The position numbers and the translations under genes were made by a program. Below, piece by piece: positions 26,236-36,668 of a DNA stretch of 37,794 nt. The stretch lies in contig NW_021835892.1 in the NCBI RefSeq assembly GCF_006345805.1, positions 1 to 37,794 of the forward strand, read 5' to 3'. The notes under the pieces were generated by a model. That model did not search any database. It was given only the letters and a program-made list of their open reading frames with translations, and was not told where the DNA came from. The DNA is from Octopus sinensis. Its lineage: Eukaryota. Each line of letters begins with the position of its first letter. Position 1 is the first letter of the stretch.

Positions 26236-26285
26236 GATTCTATTGGGGTGTGTGCTTTAAAACACACAAATGAAAGTACAGAGAG

Positions 26286-28384
26286 TTACTTACTTGTGTC
26301 GAAAGTTTTGGCTTCCTCGTTCTTTGATGTGTCTTCGAGGAGGTTTCTATATAGTTTTTGGGACAGATATTTCTGGAAACCCCCTACAGCATTTGGGAAG
26401 AGGGCTTTGAGTTTGTGGTGTTGTGTTTGTGTGATGTGTAGTATTTTGATGTGTTTGGGTGGTGTAGTGCGTGGATGATTGCTATTTTTAAAGTCATCTT
26501 CACAAATGTTTGTGTATCCTGTGATGTACTCCATTAGTTTGGAGTCTTTTGTGTCTATCGCTGATAGCATTGTTTTTGTGGTGTTGGTGCTTGTTTTGTT
26601 GTGTATGGAGTTTTCAGGGTTCAGGTATCTCCCTGCTTTGGTTGCGATTTCTTGTTTGATTTTCTTGATCTTTTTCTTTTACCCCTGTGGCTATTTGCCA
26701 TTCTGTCGAACTTTCATCGTTAGATGAAAAGTCTGACGAATCAGCAGGGGGCAAGGGTAAAGCGTCTGGGTGTGTTTGTGCGGTTGTAGATATTGTTGTG
26801 GTGCGCGGGGAGGGTGTTGCTGGGGGGTTTGTTGTGGTTATTGTCTCTCCTACATCCTTGGTGCTTGTCTTCTTCGTTGTTATTCTTGGTGTTGGAATTG
26901 GTTTATTTGTTGTTGGTGGTGATGATTCTGTTCTTGGCGCTGGTGTTGGTGTTGTTTGGTTGGGTTGGTTTGTTCTTTGTTGTTTTTCCTGCATTTCCGC
27001 ATACAGCTTCTTGACTAGCTGTCCATATTGTGGTGTGGGCAATAATCCTGGCTTTTGTGATTTTTCCTGTGGCTGTTGTTGTTGTTGTAATTTTGCGGCA
27101 GATTTGCACTCCTTTTTGAGGTGTGCCTCACTGCCACATGTATAGCATCGTGGCCTTCTGCCCTCGACTACTACGTATAACTTGCGGCCATCCTCAAGAT
27201 GTACGTGGGTGGGGATTTTTTATGTCCTCTTGACTTATGTGGAAGAGGAACTCTATTCTCTTTCCCAGCCAGTCCTTGTTTTCCGAAACACCGATATCTA
27301 GGATGTTTATGTCCTCCTTTTCGGATGTTACGGCGGATGTAATCCACAGTGTTGTAGTCACTTGGGGGACACCACTGATAATGACTTTCGTCACCTTCTG
27401 GCCGAGGTAACTCGGTGTCAACGTTAGTTCATCAGAATGAAGGGTTATCGTTGAGAATTTCTTCGCCAACTCTTCATTCTGAAAACCACCTGTACGTGTG
27501 CGAACTTGTTCGCCCAAGTCACACAATCCTTGTATCCCCAGATGGGGCGTAAGCACTTTTCGACTTTGTCTGTGCTTGCCTTTTCTGGACTTTTTGTTTT
27601 TTTATTTGTGATTTTATATACAATTGTCTTTTTTCTCCTCATTCAGTATGTGCTGAGGTATGTGTAAGAGTATTTTCCGTTTTGATTTGTAATAAGGTTT
27701 CTGCAATCTTTAATCTGTGTGTAGTAAACGAAACTTTTGTTACCTTTTCTTTTATCGCCTCGGCGAAGTTTGTTGTTGTTTTGTTATTGTTGTTACTGTT
27801 GATGTTGATGGCAGGGGTGTGGGTTGTAGGTTTGTGGTTGCTGATTATGCAACTAGCAAGGGGTGGAAATTGCCTGCGTAATTTAGTCCTGCATTAGCGC
27901 AAATTTCGGCATTTCGTTTGCTTGTCGTCGTTATTTTTTCACTTGTTGGTGATGGAGTGAGCAGTGGTTGAAGGGAATTGTTGTTGTCGTCGTCGTCGTG
28001 TTGTTGTTGTTGTTGTGTTGTTGTTGTTATTGTCGTTCTTGGTGACGGCGGTGGTGTTAGTAGTATTAGTAGCATTGACGGCACGGTCTTTGGTGGCGGT
28101 GATGGTGATGTTGGTATTGTTATTGGTGGCGACGTCTTTAGTAGGGATAGCAGTTTTAGTAGCAGATTCTGCCATGGTGTTGTTGTCGGTGTTGGTGGTG
28201 GTGGTGGACTCACTGATGGTGTTGACGGTGCTTGGCCTTGCGACCTTTGTTTTGTATTTGTTGCTGTTGTCGATGTTGATGGTGGCGGAGTTGTCAGGTT
28301 CAGCGTAAGGTAACAGAGCATCCTGTTTTCTGCCTCTGCGTCACGGTTGACTTGCACCTCAGCCTCGTGGTGACCAGTGGCCAT
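26286..28384 (-). pseudogene. LINE ORF1 (gag-like nucleic-acid chaperone), frameshifted in this sequence
   Basis: ATG at 28384 (MATGHHEAEV...). T/P/N/Q-rich N-terminus, a central globular segment (KVTKVIISGVP...), YVVVEGRRPR followed by the knuckle CYTCGSEAHLKKEC (CX2CX4HX4C, 27106-27147), a T/P-rich linker, and a C-terminal piece ending ...KTFDTSK* at 26286. Stitched across several frames. Confidence 0.82.
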
Positions 28385-28600
28385 TTTGGAAATAAAATGG
28401 CTAAATGAAACCACGAAGGCTATGAGAATTTTTTTTTAAATTTTGCCCACAAGGGGCAAAATTTTGTGGAGATATTTATCAAAGGTTTACAGTGGATGTT
28501 GTTGCACAACTTTTAAACACAAAATATTCACAATAAATAATTTTCAACGTACAAAATGACCAACTTACGTGGAGCCCATTTGACTAGCGTCCGTCCGTCC

Positions 28601-28630
28601 ATAGATAGATAGATAGATAGAGAGATGGAG

Positions 28631-28695
<65 letters not shown>
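28601..28695. repeat. (GATA)n microsatellite between the full-length LINE 5' end and the diverged 3' fragment
   Basis: Direct reading. Confidence 0.96.
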
Positions 28696-28696
<1 letters not shown>

Positions 28697-28960
28697 CTTT
28701 CTTTATTGGCCACACAGAGCTGAACACAGAGGGGACAAATACAAATGTAGAGCTTTTGTTTTCGAAAATTAAAAAAAGGGGGGAAATATGAAAGTAAGTA
28801 AAATTCCGATCGAAAGGGATCGGGAAAAAAAAACGACCAAAATGGATCGCTATTGTGTGGGAAGTGTGGGGGAAGAGGGGGATGTTCATGTAGAGCAGAG
28901 AACAGGGGGAGACAAGATACAAGGTGGGGAGGAAGCAAGCTAGGGAGAGGTACAGGTGTC
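28696..28960 (-). mobile_element. Diverged 3'UTR fragment of a related Tx1-like LINE subfamily, head-to-tail with the full-length copy
   Basis: Sense 3' end AAAAGCTCTAC...CAGCTCTGTGTGGCCAATAAAGAAAGT-(TATC)n matches the termini of the other two copies. Shares the CGATC-N6-GATCG hairpin. Its upstream boundary is uncertain. Confidence 0.75.
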
Positions 28961-29171
28961 ACTTAGTAGAAGTATGGGTATTTTATTGCCAAATTTGGAA
29001 GAGAGACAGTCTGAAACCTGGATCAGCACCCATTGTCAATTTAGCGTTGTATATAGATTAGATATTCTCCAGCCGATGCGATGAAACTTGAGATGGGCTT
29101 TTCATGGACATAAGTCAATTTAAGACACTAATACTCACTTTTTAATCTAGCGTAGTGGAGGAATAATGGAA

Positions 29172-29547
29172 GCACTCCGTCGGTTCCGACGACGAGGTTT
29201 CCGGTTGATGAGATCAACTGAAAAGCCTGCTCGTGAAATTAACGTGTACGTGGCTGAGCACTCCACAGACACGCGAACCCTTAACGTAGTTCTCGGGGAT
29301 ATTCAGCGTGACACAGAGAGTGACAAGGCCGGCCCTTTGAAATACAGGTACAACAGAAACAGGAAGTAAGAGTGAGAGAAAGTTGTGGTGAAAGAGTACA
29401 GCAGGGATCACCACCATCCCTGCCGGAGCCTCGTGTAGCTTTAGGTGTTTTCGTTCAATAAACACTCACAACGCCCGGTCTGGGAATCGAAACCGCGATC
29501 CTACGATCGCGAGTCCGCTGCCCTAACCAATGGGCCATTGCGCCTCC
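29172..29547 (-). mobile_element. SINE family D with target-site duplication
   Basis: Reverse-complement match to 20736-21106. 13-bp TSD with one mismatch: TGGAGGAATAATG (29156-29168) and TGGAGAAATAATG (29549-29561). Confidence 0.87.
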
Positions 29548-30564
29548 ATGGAGAAATAATGTTAGATAGTGAAAGGATACTATTTTTATTCATATAATAG
29601 TTCATGAAACTTTTATTATCAGGACATAATTACTGATATATTTAGAGATTTTGTTTCAAATGAGTTGACGTCAAGTTAAAGTTGTTGAAATTAAAGGTGC
29701 TGAAATTTTCAACTGCGACCATTCCGTCTGGTTACGGATAGTATTTAGGAAAATATTACCTGTACACCTCCTTATTTAAGACAGTAATTTGAGCTTCCAC
29801 GAAAATTTAGCTGCTATTTCTGGGATCTAGAGACCACGTTGAGAGTTTTTTGTTTAGAAGTTGTGAAAATGGGAGTCAAAATGCATAACTGCGCGATTAT
29901 CTGTAGCTCTTCCTTATCTCCTAACTTCAAAATATCTTTCCTGCTTTGTTTTCGATGTAATTAGCTGAAATACCCTTGAAGCTAGGGATTTAAAATAAAA
30001 GGAATGAAAGAAAGCAAGAAACGATAAATGAATGATTGAAAGAACGAAAGAATAAATATGGTTAATTATAGAGATAAAGGCAATTAATGAAACAAGTTGT
30101 CTAAATTGTTCACTGATAACTTCTTGAAATTCATGTTGTTTATTTTTCTATCGCCTGAAAGATGGTATGTAGCGACAGCAGTAGAACGGAGCAACAAAAC
30201 GAATAATCAGCTTCTTACCAACGAACAAATAAACACTATTAGATATGTTGAGGAATTTTTTCTTCTCGTTTGTACATCCAAACATATTGAAAATTCAGTT
30301 GCATTTGTTATCTTTCTGGCTATCATTTTCGGTTTTATAGGTCAAGATATAAGCAATATACTTCGTATACTATCCTTCTTTTGTTGGCTGGCAACAACAA
30401 TTTTATTTTAAATGTGGGATGGCTAGAAACATATATTTGTGTCCGGAGAAAAATATATGAACACACACATACTCATATACCTAGACACACACGAACATAG
30501 ACAAATATATATGCGTGTGTGTGCGTGTGTTATAATTTAGAACAAACAGTAACAGGTTGTCATG

Positions 30565-30623
30565 ATAGTACTCGATGTTTCGAATGTCGGAGCGAAGAGC
30601 TACGATACATTCTCGTCGACTAC
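30565..30623 (-). ncRNA. Type I hammerhead-like motif, U3/C4 variant
   Basis: GUAG | UCGACGA | GAAUGU...ACAUUC | GAAAC-AUCGA-GUA^ | CUAU. About 400 bp upstream of, and antisense to, the PLE RT. Confidence 0.6.
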
Positions 30624-31028
30624 TAATGGCAACAGAAGCTATGAAAACCGTTGATAAAAAGGTAAGTTACTCTATTAGGTAGAAAAAGAAAAAAGAAAAA
30701 AGATAGAAAATACACGCAACCATATTCTCACAATACATAGACATAAACCTCCTGCGTTCACAACGTCTACATACTTACACACTCACACAAACTCCGATTA
30801 CTATGATGACAACCTTTTACTGTTTTTTTCTAATTTATAACATAAATAAACCTCTATTGCTCTAATATTGAGGTCTCATTCTTTTGTTGTCACTTATTAT
30901 TAAATGACCTCCCGTACACCGCAGCTTTTTTTCTCTGAGAGCTTAATACAGCTTGTATTGAATAGTTGCTATCAATCGCTTGAGGAATTTCTCCCACAGA
31001 AGAATCTAATATGGTTCCTTAGAGTATC

Positions 31029-32483
31029 GATTACTCAATGAAAATCATACCTATACCTTCCAGAGAACTATACTCTTAAAAAAATAATTGGAGAAAATGA
31101 CGGATCTTATTAAACGTATGAGATGGAAGGTCTTCCATTACAACAATGAAGAGTCTATCGCAGAGAACATATACCATGAAATTAAATCCCTTCCAAAATC
31201 AAGGACTTGGGAGACTTCGAAACAGATCTACTCATACTTACAGACAAAATCAAATTTCGTAATTCCTTTAAAACTTTTCAATAGAAACTGAAAAAGACAT
31301 TAAAAACATAAAAAATTTCAAAAGAACGGCACTTTCTTCTGATAAAACCAAGAACTTATACCTTGTAGACAACAGCCCTTACTCACAACTCCTACATAAC
31401 AATGTTATTAGTAATTACACTAAAGCTAGACTACAAGTTTATAACGACATTAATAAAGAAGCTAGTATCATCACCGCTAGGTTTAAATTAGATTTTTTTT
31501 AAATATTGATCCTTCCAAAATAAAAAAAAGACCTTTATAACTATTAAGAACCATAAAGAGAACTTCCTATCTAATCCTAAATAAAGATTAATTAACCCTG
31601 CAAAATCAGAAATTGGTATAATTAGTCAGGAAATTTTATGAAAAATCAATGCTAAAGTTAGAGGGTCAAGTAATTTAGTACAATGGTCCCAAAGTTGTTT
31701 AAAACAATTAGAAATAAGAATAAAGCAAGATTTAAACAATTTAATATTGTAGATCTCTATGCATCTATTTCTAGAAAACTGCTAAATAAAGCCCTCACTT
31801 TCGCAAGCGATTTTACAGAGATTCGTGAACAAGATTAGGATATAATCCTCTATGCTAGAAAGACCTTACTCTTCAGCGAGAACACAGAGTGGGTCAAGAC
31901 AGCAGAATCAGAAGGTTCTTTCGATGTGAGCATGGCGTCATATGATGGAACAGGCATACGCGATCTCATTGGGCTATTCCTGCTTGACACGTTAGGGAAA
32001 GCTTTTCCTGGTGTATATTTCGCTATTTATAGGGATGATGCTCTAGCTTTAGCTAAGAATACCATTGGACCAGCGCAAAATCCGTTAAGGAAGGGTATTA
32101 TCCGTCTTATGAAAACATTCGATCTAAGCATAACAAAAGGTGCCAACCTGACGGTTGTCAATTTCCTTGACGTATTTCTAAATTTACAAAAGAATATTTA
32201 CAAACCCTATAGAAAGCGCAACGATGGACTTAGTTATATTAATGTAGGTTCCTGCCACCCCATCCCCAGAGTGTTTAAGAATTAGTTAAGAATCTTAGAA
32301 GGAGAATTTATAGCCTCCCCTCCAATATAAACATATTTAATAATGTTGCCCCACTATATAACAATGCCCTTAAAGCTAATAGATTTGAAGAGGAAATAGC
32401 TTATACACCTGCTATTAAGCCAGAAATAAAGAAACGAAAACATAAACACAGGAATATTATCTGGTTCACATCCCGTTACTCCT
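31029..32483 (+). pseudogene. Degenerate Penelope-like element (PLE) reverse transcriptase, possibly Neptune-type
   Basis: Across frames: DYSMKIIPIPS, LIKRMRWK, RLINPAKSEIG, FDVSMASYDG, IYRDD (32028-32039), VNFLDV, YKPYRK, NIIWF. These are PLE RT signature blocks. Many stops and frameshifts. Confidence 0.85.
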
Positions 32484-32619
32484 CGGAAGCAATCTATTAT
32501 TGTTGTTGTTGTTGTTATTATTATTATATAATATATTATTATTATATATGACCATCTGAAGAATCAATAAGATATGTGTGTGTGGATGCGTGTGTTTGTG
32601 TGTGTGTATTCGTGTGTTT

Positions 32620-32656
<37 letters not shown>

Positions 32657-33257
32657 GTGTGTGCGAGCGTGCGTTGTGTGCGAGCGTGCTGGAGAACGAG
32701 AGAAAATTAAAAAAAAAAACATTATGAAGTCTACTCCGAAATACTTTGGCATCGAATCCGCGTCGACAAAGGGCAGCGCCAAAGCGGCAGCGCCAAAAAC
32801 GGCAGTGCTAAAACGTTTCGTAGCTCGCTGGAATATCTTCGATCATGGGTTTTCACGATGATACTCCAAGACCTGTAGAACAACAGCCTTTATTGCCATA
32901 AAGAACAAGCTCTTTTCTTTGTAATGACATTATTCCAAAGACATAAAATTACGTGTTAAGACAAATCGAAGATGAAATCTTTGCACTGGACAATCTTAGG
33001 CACGGGATAATTAAGTCTCGCTCCACGGCGCACGAGAATTAATATTGATTTATCTTGTTTAAGGTACGAATCACCTTTTAGAAACAGGAACAGATTAAAT
33101 CTTGAATGTAGAGGCCATACACATTTAAAGGGGGATGGAAATTAAAGGGAACTGAATCAATACGCCATCTTTTGTTTCTCTTTTCTTCCTCTTCCTACTG
33201 CTGCCACGACGACGACTATTACGATAACAACAATAGAAACAACAACAAGCATAATGA

Positions 33258-33274
33258 TGGCAATAATAATAATA

Positions 33275-33310
<36 letters not shown>

Positions 33311-33330
33311 TGATGATGATGATGATGATG

Positions 33331-33378
<48 letters not shown>

Positions 33379-33398
33379 GTAATAATAATAATAATTAT

Positions 33399-33466
<68 letters not shown>

Positions 33467-33482
33467 CAATAATAATGATAAT
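33258..33482. repeat. (AAT)n/(GAT)n microsatellite
   Basis: Direct reading. Confidence 0.97.
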
Positions 33483-33837
33483 TGCAGGTATGAAAGACAG
33501 GAAGAATTATTCGAAGGAAACTATTTTAATCTGGTCGCGAATAACCAATACCACGCCACACATACACGCATAAACACACACACACACACACACACACTAA
33601 TACACGCAAACACAAATATACGCATAGATCCATATAAATCCAAACGCACACATACATATATACATAAGAACATACATACACATATATATATACATACATA
33701 GATACACTCAGTCATACATACACACAGACATATATATGTGTGTGTGTATGTTCGAATATTTGTGTGTGTGTCTGCTTCAATATATCTATGTGTGTGTACG
33801 TACTTATATACATATCTATATATCTATATGTATATAT

Positions 33838-34208
33838 CTTTATCTTTTATCTTTTTATCTTTTACTTGTTTCAGTCATTTTGACTGCGGCCATGCTGGGG
33901 CACCGCCTTTAGTACTTATTCTATCGGTCACTTTTGCCGAACCGCCAAGTAACGGGGACATAAGCACACCAGCATCGGTTGTCAAGCAATGCTAGGGGGA
34001 CAAACACAAACACACACACACACATACATATATATATACATATATACGACAGGCTTCTTTCAGTTTCCGTCTACCAAATCCACTCACAAAGCATGGTCGG
34101 CCCGGGGCTATAGCAGAAGACACTTGCCCAAGGTGCCACGCAGTGGGACTGAACCCGGAACCATGTGGTTGGTTAGCAAGCTACTTACCACACAGCCACT
34201 CCTGCGCC
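33838..34208 (-). mobile_element. SINE family A with small internal deletion
   Basis: High similarity to 18005-18420. Confidence 0.87.
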
Positions 34209-34258
34209 TATATGTATATATATATTATATATATATATATATATTTATTTATACACAT

Positions 34259-34351
<93 letters not shown>

Positions 34352-35251
34352 GTACATATATATATATATGTATACACTTATATGTATACATACATCATAC
34401 ATACATACATACGTAAATAGATACTTACACACACATATGCACAGATACAGAACCAGCATTTAGAGTAAAATAGAAATATCCCGCTCTCTCCTATTTCCAT
34501 GTTTTACAGCAAAATAATAAAAAAAAAAGCACTACATGATGTCTTACTCTGAACATATAATGTTTGGGGAGGGTCAAGAAGAGAGAACAGGATCAATGCT
34601 TAATGCTTAATCTGCTGGATATGTCCTGGTCAGATGTTCCCTTATACAAATGGCAGTCCGGAAGGCGATGGCGTTAGCAAAGTGGTACTGCGGCTGCGCT
34701 TGATTGTGTGTTTTTTTTCTTATTATTTTGAGTTGTACGTCATGTTATTCACTTGCAGGCGAAATACGGACGGCTTGTGTGTATGTGTTTGTTTCTGTGT
34801 GTGTGTTTGTGTTTGTTTCTCAGTGTGTATGCGTTTGCATGTGTATTTGTGTGTATGCGTGTGCGCGCACGTGTGTATGCGTGTTTGTTCTTTTGTGTGT
34901 GTGTGAAAGGATGGTTGTATGTAGTCGTATATCTTATGAAAATGATGGAGTGTTTGTGAAAGTGTGTATCTGAGTAAATGCGTGCGTGAAGTGATAGCGC
35001 AGTGCACAAAACACCAACAGGACAACATTCACTTCTACCACTTCCGGTTCCCACCGACTCAACCGGCTCCGAAACTACCGCTAATAACCAATGACACCTC
35101 TACCACCAACACCAGCAACACCTGTACCGTCATCAACACCATCATCATTACAAAGACCAAGACTAATACATGTTTCTTTACTACCCACAAGTGGCTAAAC
35201 ACAGAGAGAACAAACAAGGACAGACAAACGGATTAAGTCGATTACATCTGT

Positions 35252-35634
35252 ATTCTAGGATCAGATATGGCGATGGTATTTATCTGTCCTTGTTTGTCCT
35301 CTCTGTGTTTAGCCCCTTGTGAGTAGTAAAGAAATAGGAAATAGGTGTTTCGTCAGCCGTTACATACTGAGTTCAAATTTCGCCGAGGTAGACTTTGCCT
35401 TTCATCCTTTCGGGGTCGATTAAATAAGTACCAGGTTCGCACTGGTGCGTAACTGGTACTTATTTAATCGACCCCGAAAGGATGAAGGCAAAGTCTACCT
35501 CGGCGAAATTTGAACTCAGTACGTAACGGCTGACGAAACACCTATTTCCTATTTCTTTACTACTCACAAGGGGCTAAACACAGAGAGGACAAACAAGGAC
35601 AGACAAATACCATCGCCATATCTGATCCTAGAAT
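35252..35634. repeat. 383-bp foldback palindrome built from SINE B sequence
   Basis: ~190-bp arms differing at only ~4 sites; 2-nt spacer at 35443-35444. Confidence 0.95.
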
Positions 35635-36271
35635 TAATAACACCACCTCTGCCACCTATACCACAGCTATCATCACCACCACAGCCATCAACATCGTTAT
35701 TTTAACACCTCTCCTACCTTCACCAACACAACTACCACCAAAACCATACTGGCATCACAAGTACCAAACTTCTATCACCAATATCACTACCACCACCAGT
35801 ACTACCACCAGCATATCACTACAACTAAGACTAGTACCACCTGAATATGACTGCCAGCAACGCCATCACCACTGCAACTGCCACCCCCACCATTTTTTTG
35901 CATTCAGATATTCAATGTTAATGCTTTACATTCGGCCGACGTGTTAATTCCCTCTGTATTTGATAAACTCCTATATACATTTTCTCCAAACACATTTCTT
36001 ATGAAGGACGCATTTCCCCCCTACACGTGTTCCTATTCCCATTTTTACTTCGGACAGCTTTTTCTATGCATATCGTCTACACCTAATGTTATTGTTGAAT
36101 TTGAATTTAGTTTTTATTTCGATAAGCTTTATTTTCTCAGTGTGTTTGGGCCTTGTACTTTTGAGCTGTCTCGTTTCTCTACCTAGCGCACGATTTCTAA
36201 TCACAGCCAACCTCTCCTTAAATACATTATTTACAATTTGACGGACATTTCTCTTCGTATTGTTTGTTGTT

Positions 36272-36317
36272 AACACAACATTTCGGCTGATATACCATCC
36301 AGCCTTCATCAGGTGTC
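36272..36317 (-). ncRNA. Minimal type I hammerhead ribozyme (downstream of tRNA-like head)
   Basis: GACAC | CUGAUGAA | GGCUG...CAGCC | GAAAUGUU^ | GUGUU; C-to-U change in stem III relative to the sister copy. Confidence 0.7.
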
Positions 36318-36365
36318 TTGGGGAAATTTCGAACCTGGGTTCTCATTCCTGAGGTATTTGTCGAT

Positions 36366-36380
36366 ATTATTATTATTATT

Positions 36381-36448
<68 letters not shown>

Positions 36449-36460
36449 TATTATTATTAC

Positions 36461-36491
<31 letters not shown>
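36366..36491. repeat. (ATT)n/(ATC)n microsatellite inside the tRNA-head/hammerhead composite
   Basis: Direct reading. Confidence 0.97.
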
Positions 36492-36495
<4 letters not shown>

Positions 36496-36559
36496 TCACT
36501 GCCTGGAATCGAACTCGGAATCTTGGGGTTAGTAGCCTACGCTCTTAACCACTATGCTA
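36492..36559 (-). mobile_element. tRNA-like Pol III head (SINE head) upstream of (AAT)n and a hammerhead unit
   Basis: A box TAGCATAGTGG, anticodon-loop-like CTACTAA, B box GTTCGATTCC. No complete acceptor stem, so not a tRNA gene. Confidence 0.75.
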
Positions 36560-36622
36560 TATAATTGTAATAACATCGAAAAATACCTTAGGACTCAGAA
36601 CCCAGGTTCGAAATTTCCCCAA

Positions 36623-36668
36623 GACACCTGATGAAGGCTGGAGGGTATATCATCAGAAACGTTGTGTT
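36623..36668 (+). ncRNA. Minimal type I hammerhead ribozyme (inverted sister copy)
   Basis: GACAC | CUGAUGAA | GGCUG...CAUCA | GAAACGUU^ | GUGUU; stem II 3' arm mutated. Confidence 0.65.

Larger units (their letters stand above)
22371..28600 (-). mobile_element. Full-length Tx1/L1-clade non-LTR retrotransposon (LINE)
   Basis: ~215-nt 5'UTR, ORF1 with CCHC knuckle, ORF2 with APE + RT + C-terminal CCHC, ~430-nt 3'UTR ending AATAAAGAAAC (AATAAA at 22377-22382, minus) with no poly(A). Flanked on both sides by (TATC)n. About 90% similar by eye to the copy at 4128-5810. Confidence 0.93.

Noticed and set aside
26479-28313. Plus-strand V/G/L-rich ORFs (26687-27145, 27964-28308, 27978-28313)
   Set aside because: Antisense shadows of the ACA/ACC-rich LINE ORF1.
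30097-30411. 104-aa hydrophobic ORF
   Set aside because: Non-ATG start, AT-rich composition, no recognisable motif or splice support.
32770-32815. Three GGCAGYGCYAAA repeats
   Set aside because: Probably a DNA-transposon subterminal remnant, but no TIR partner or TSD found.
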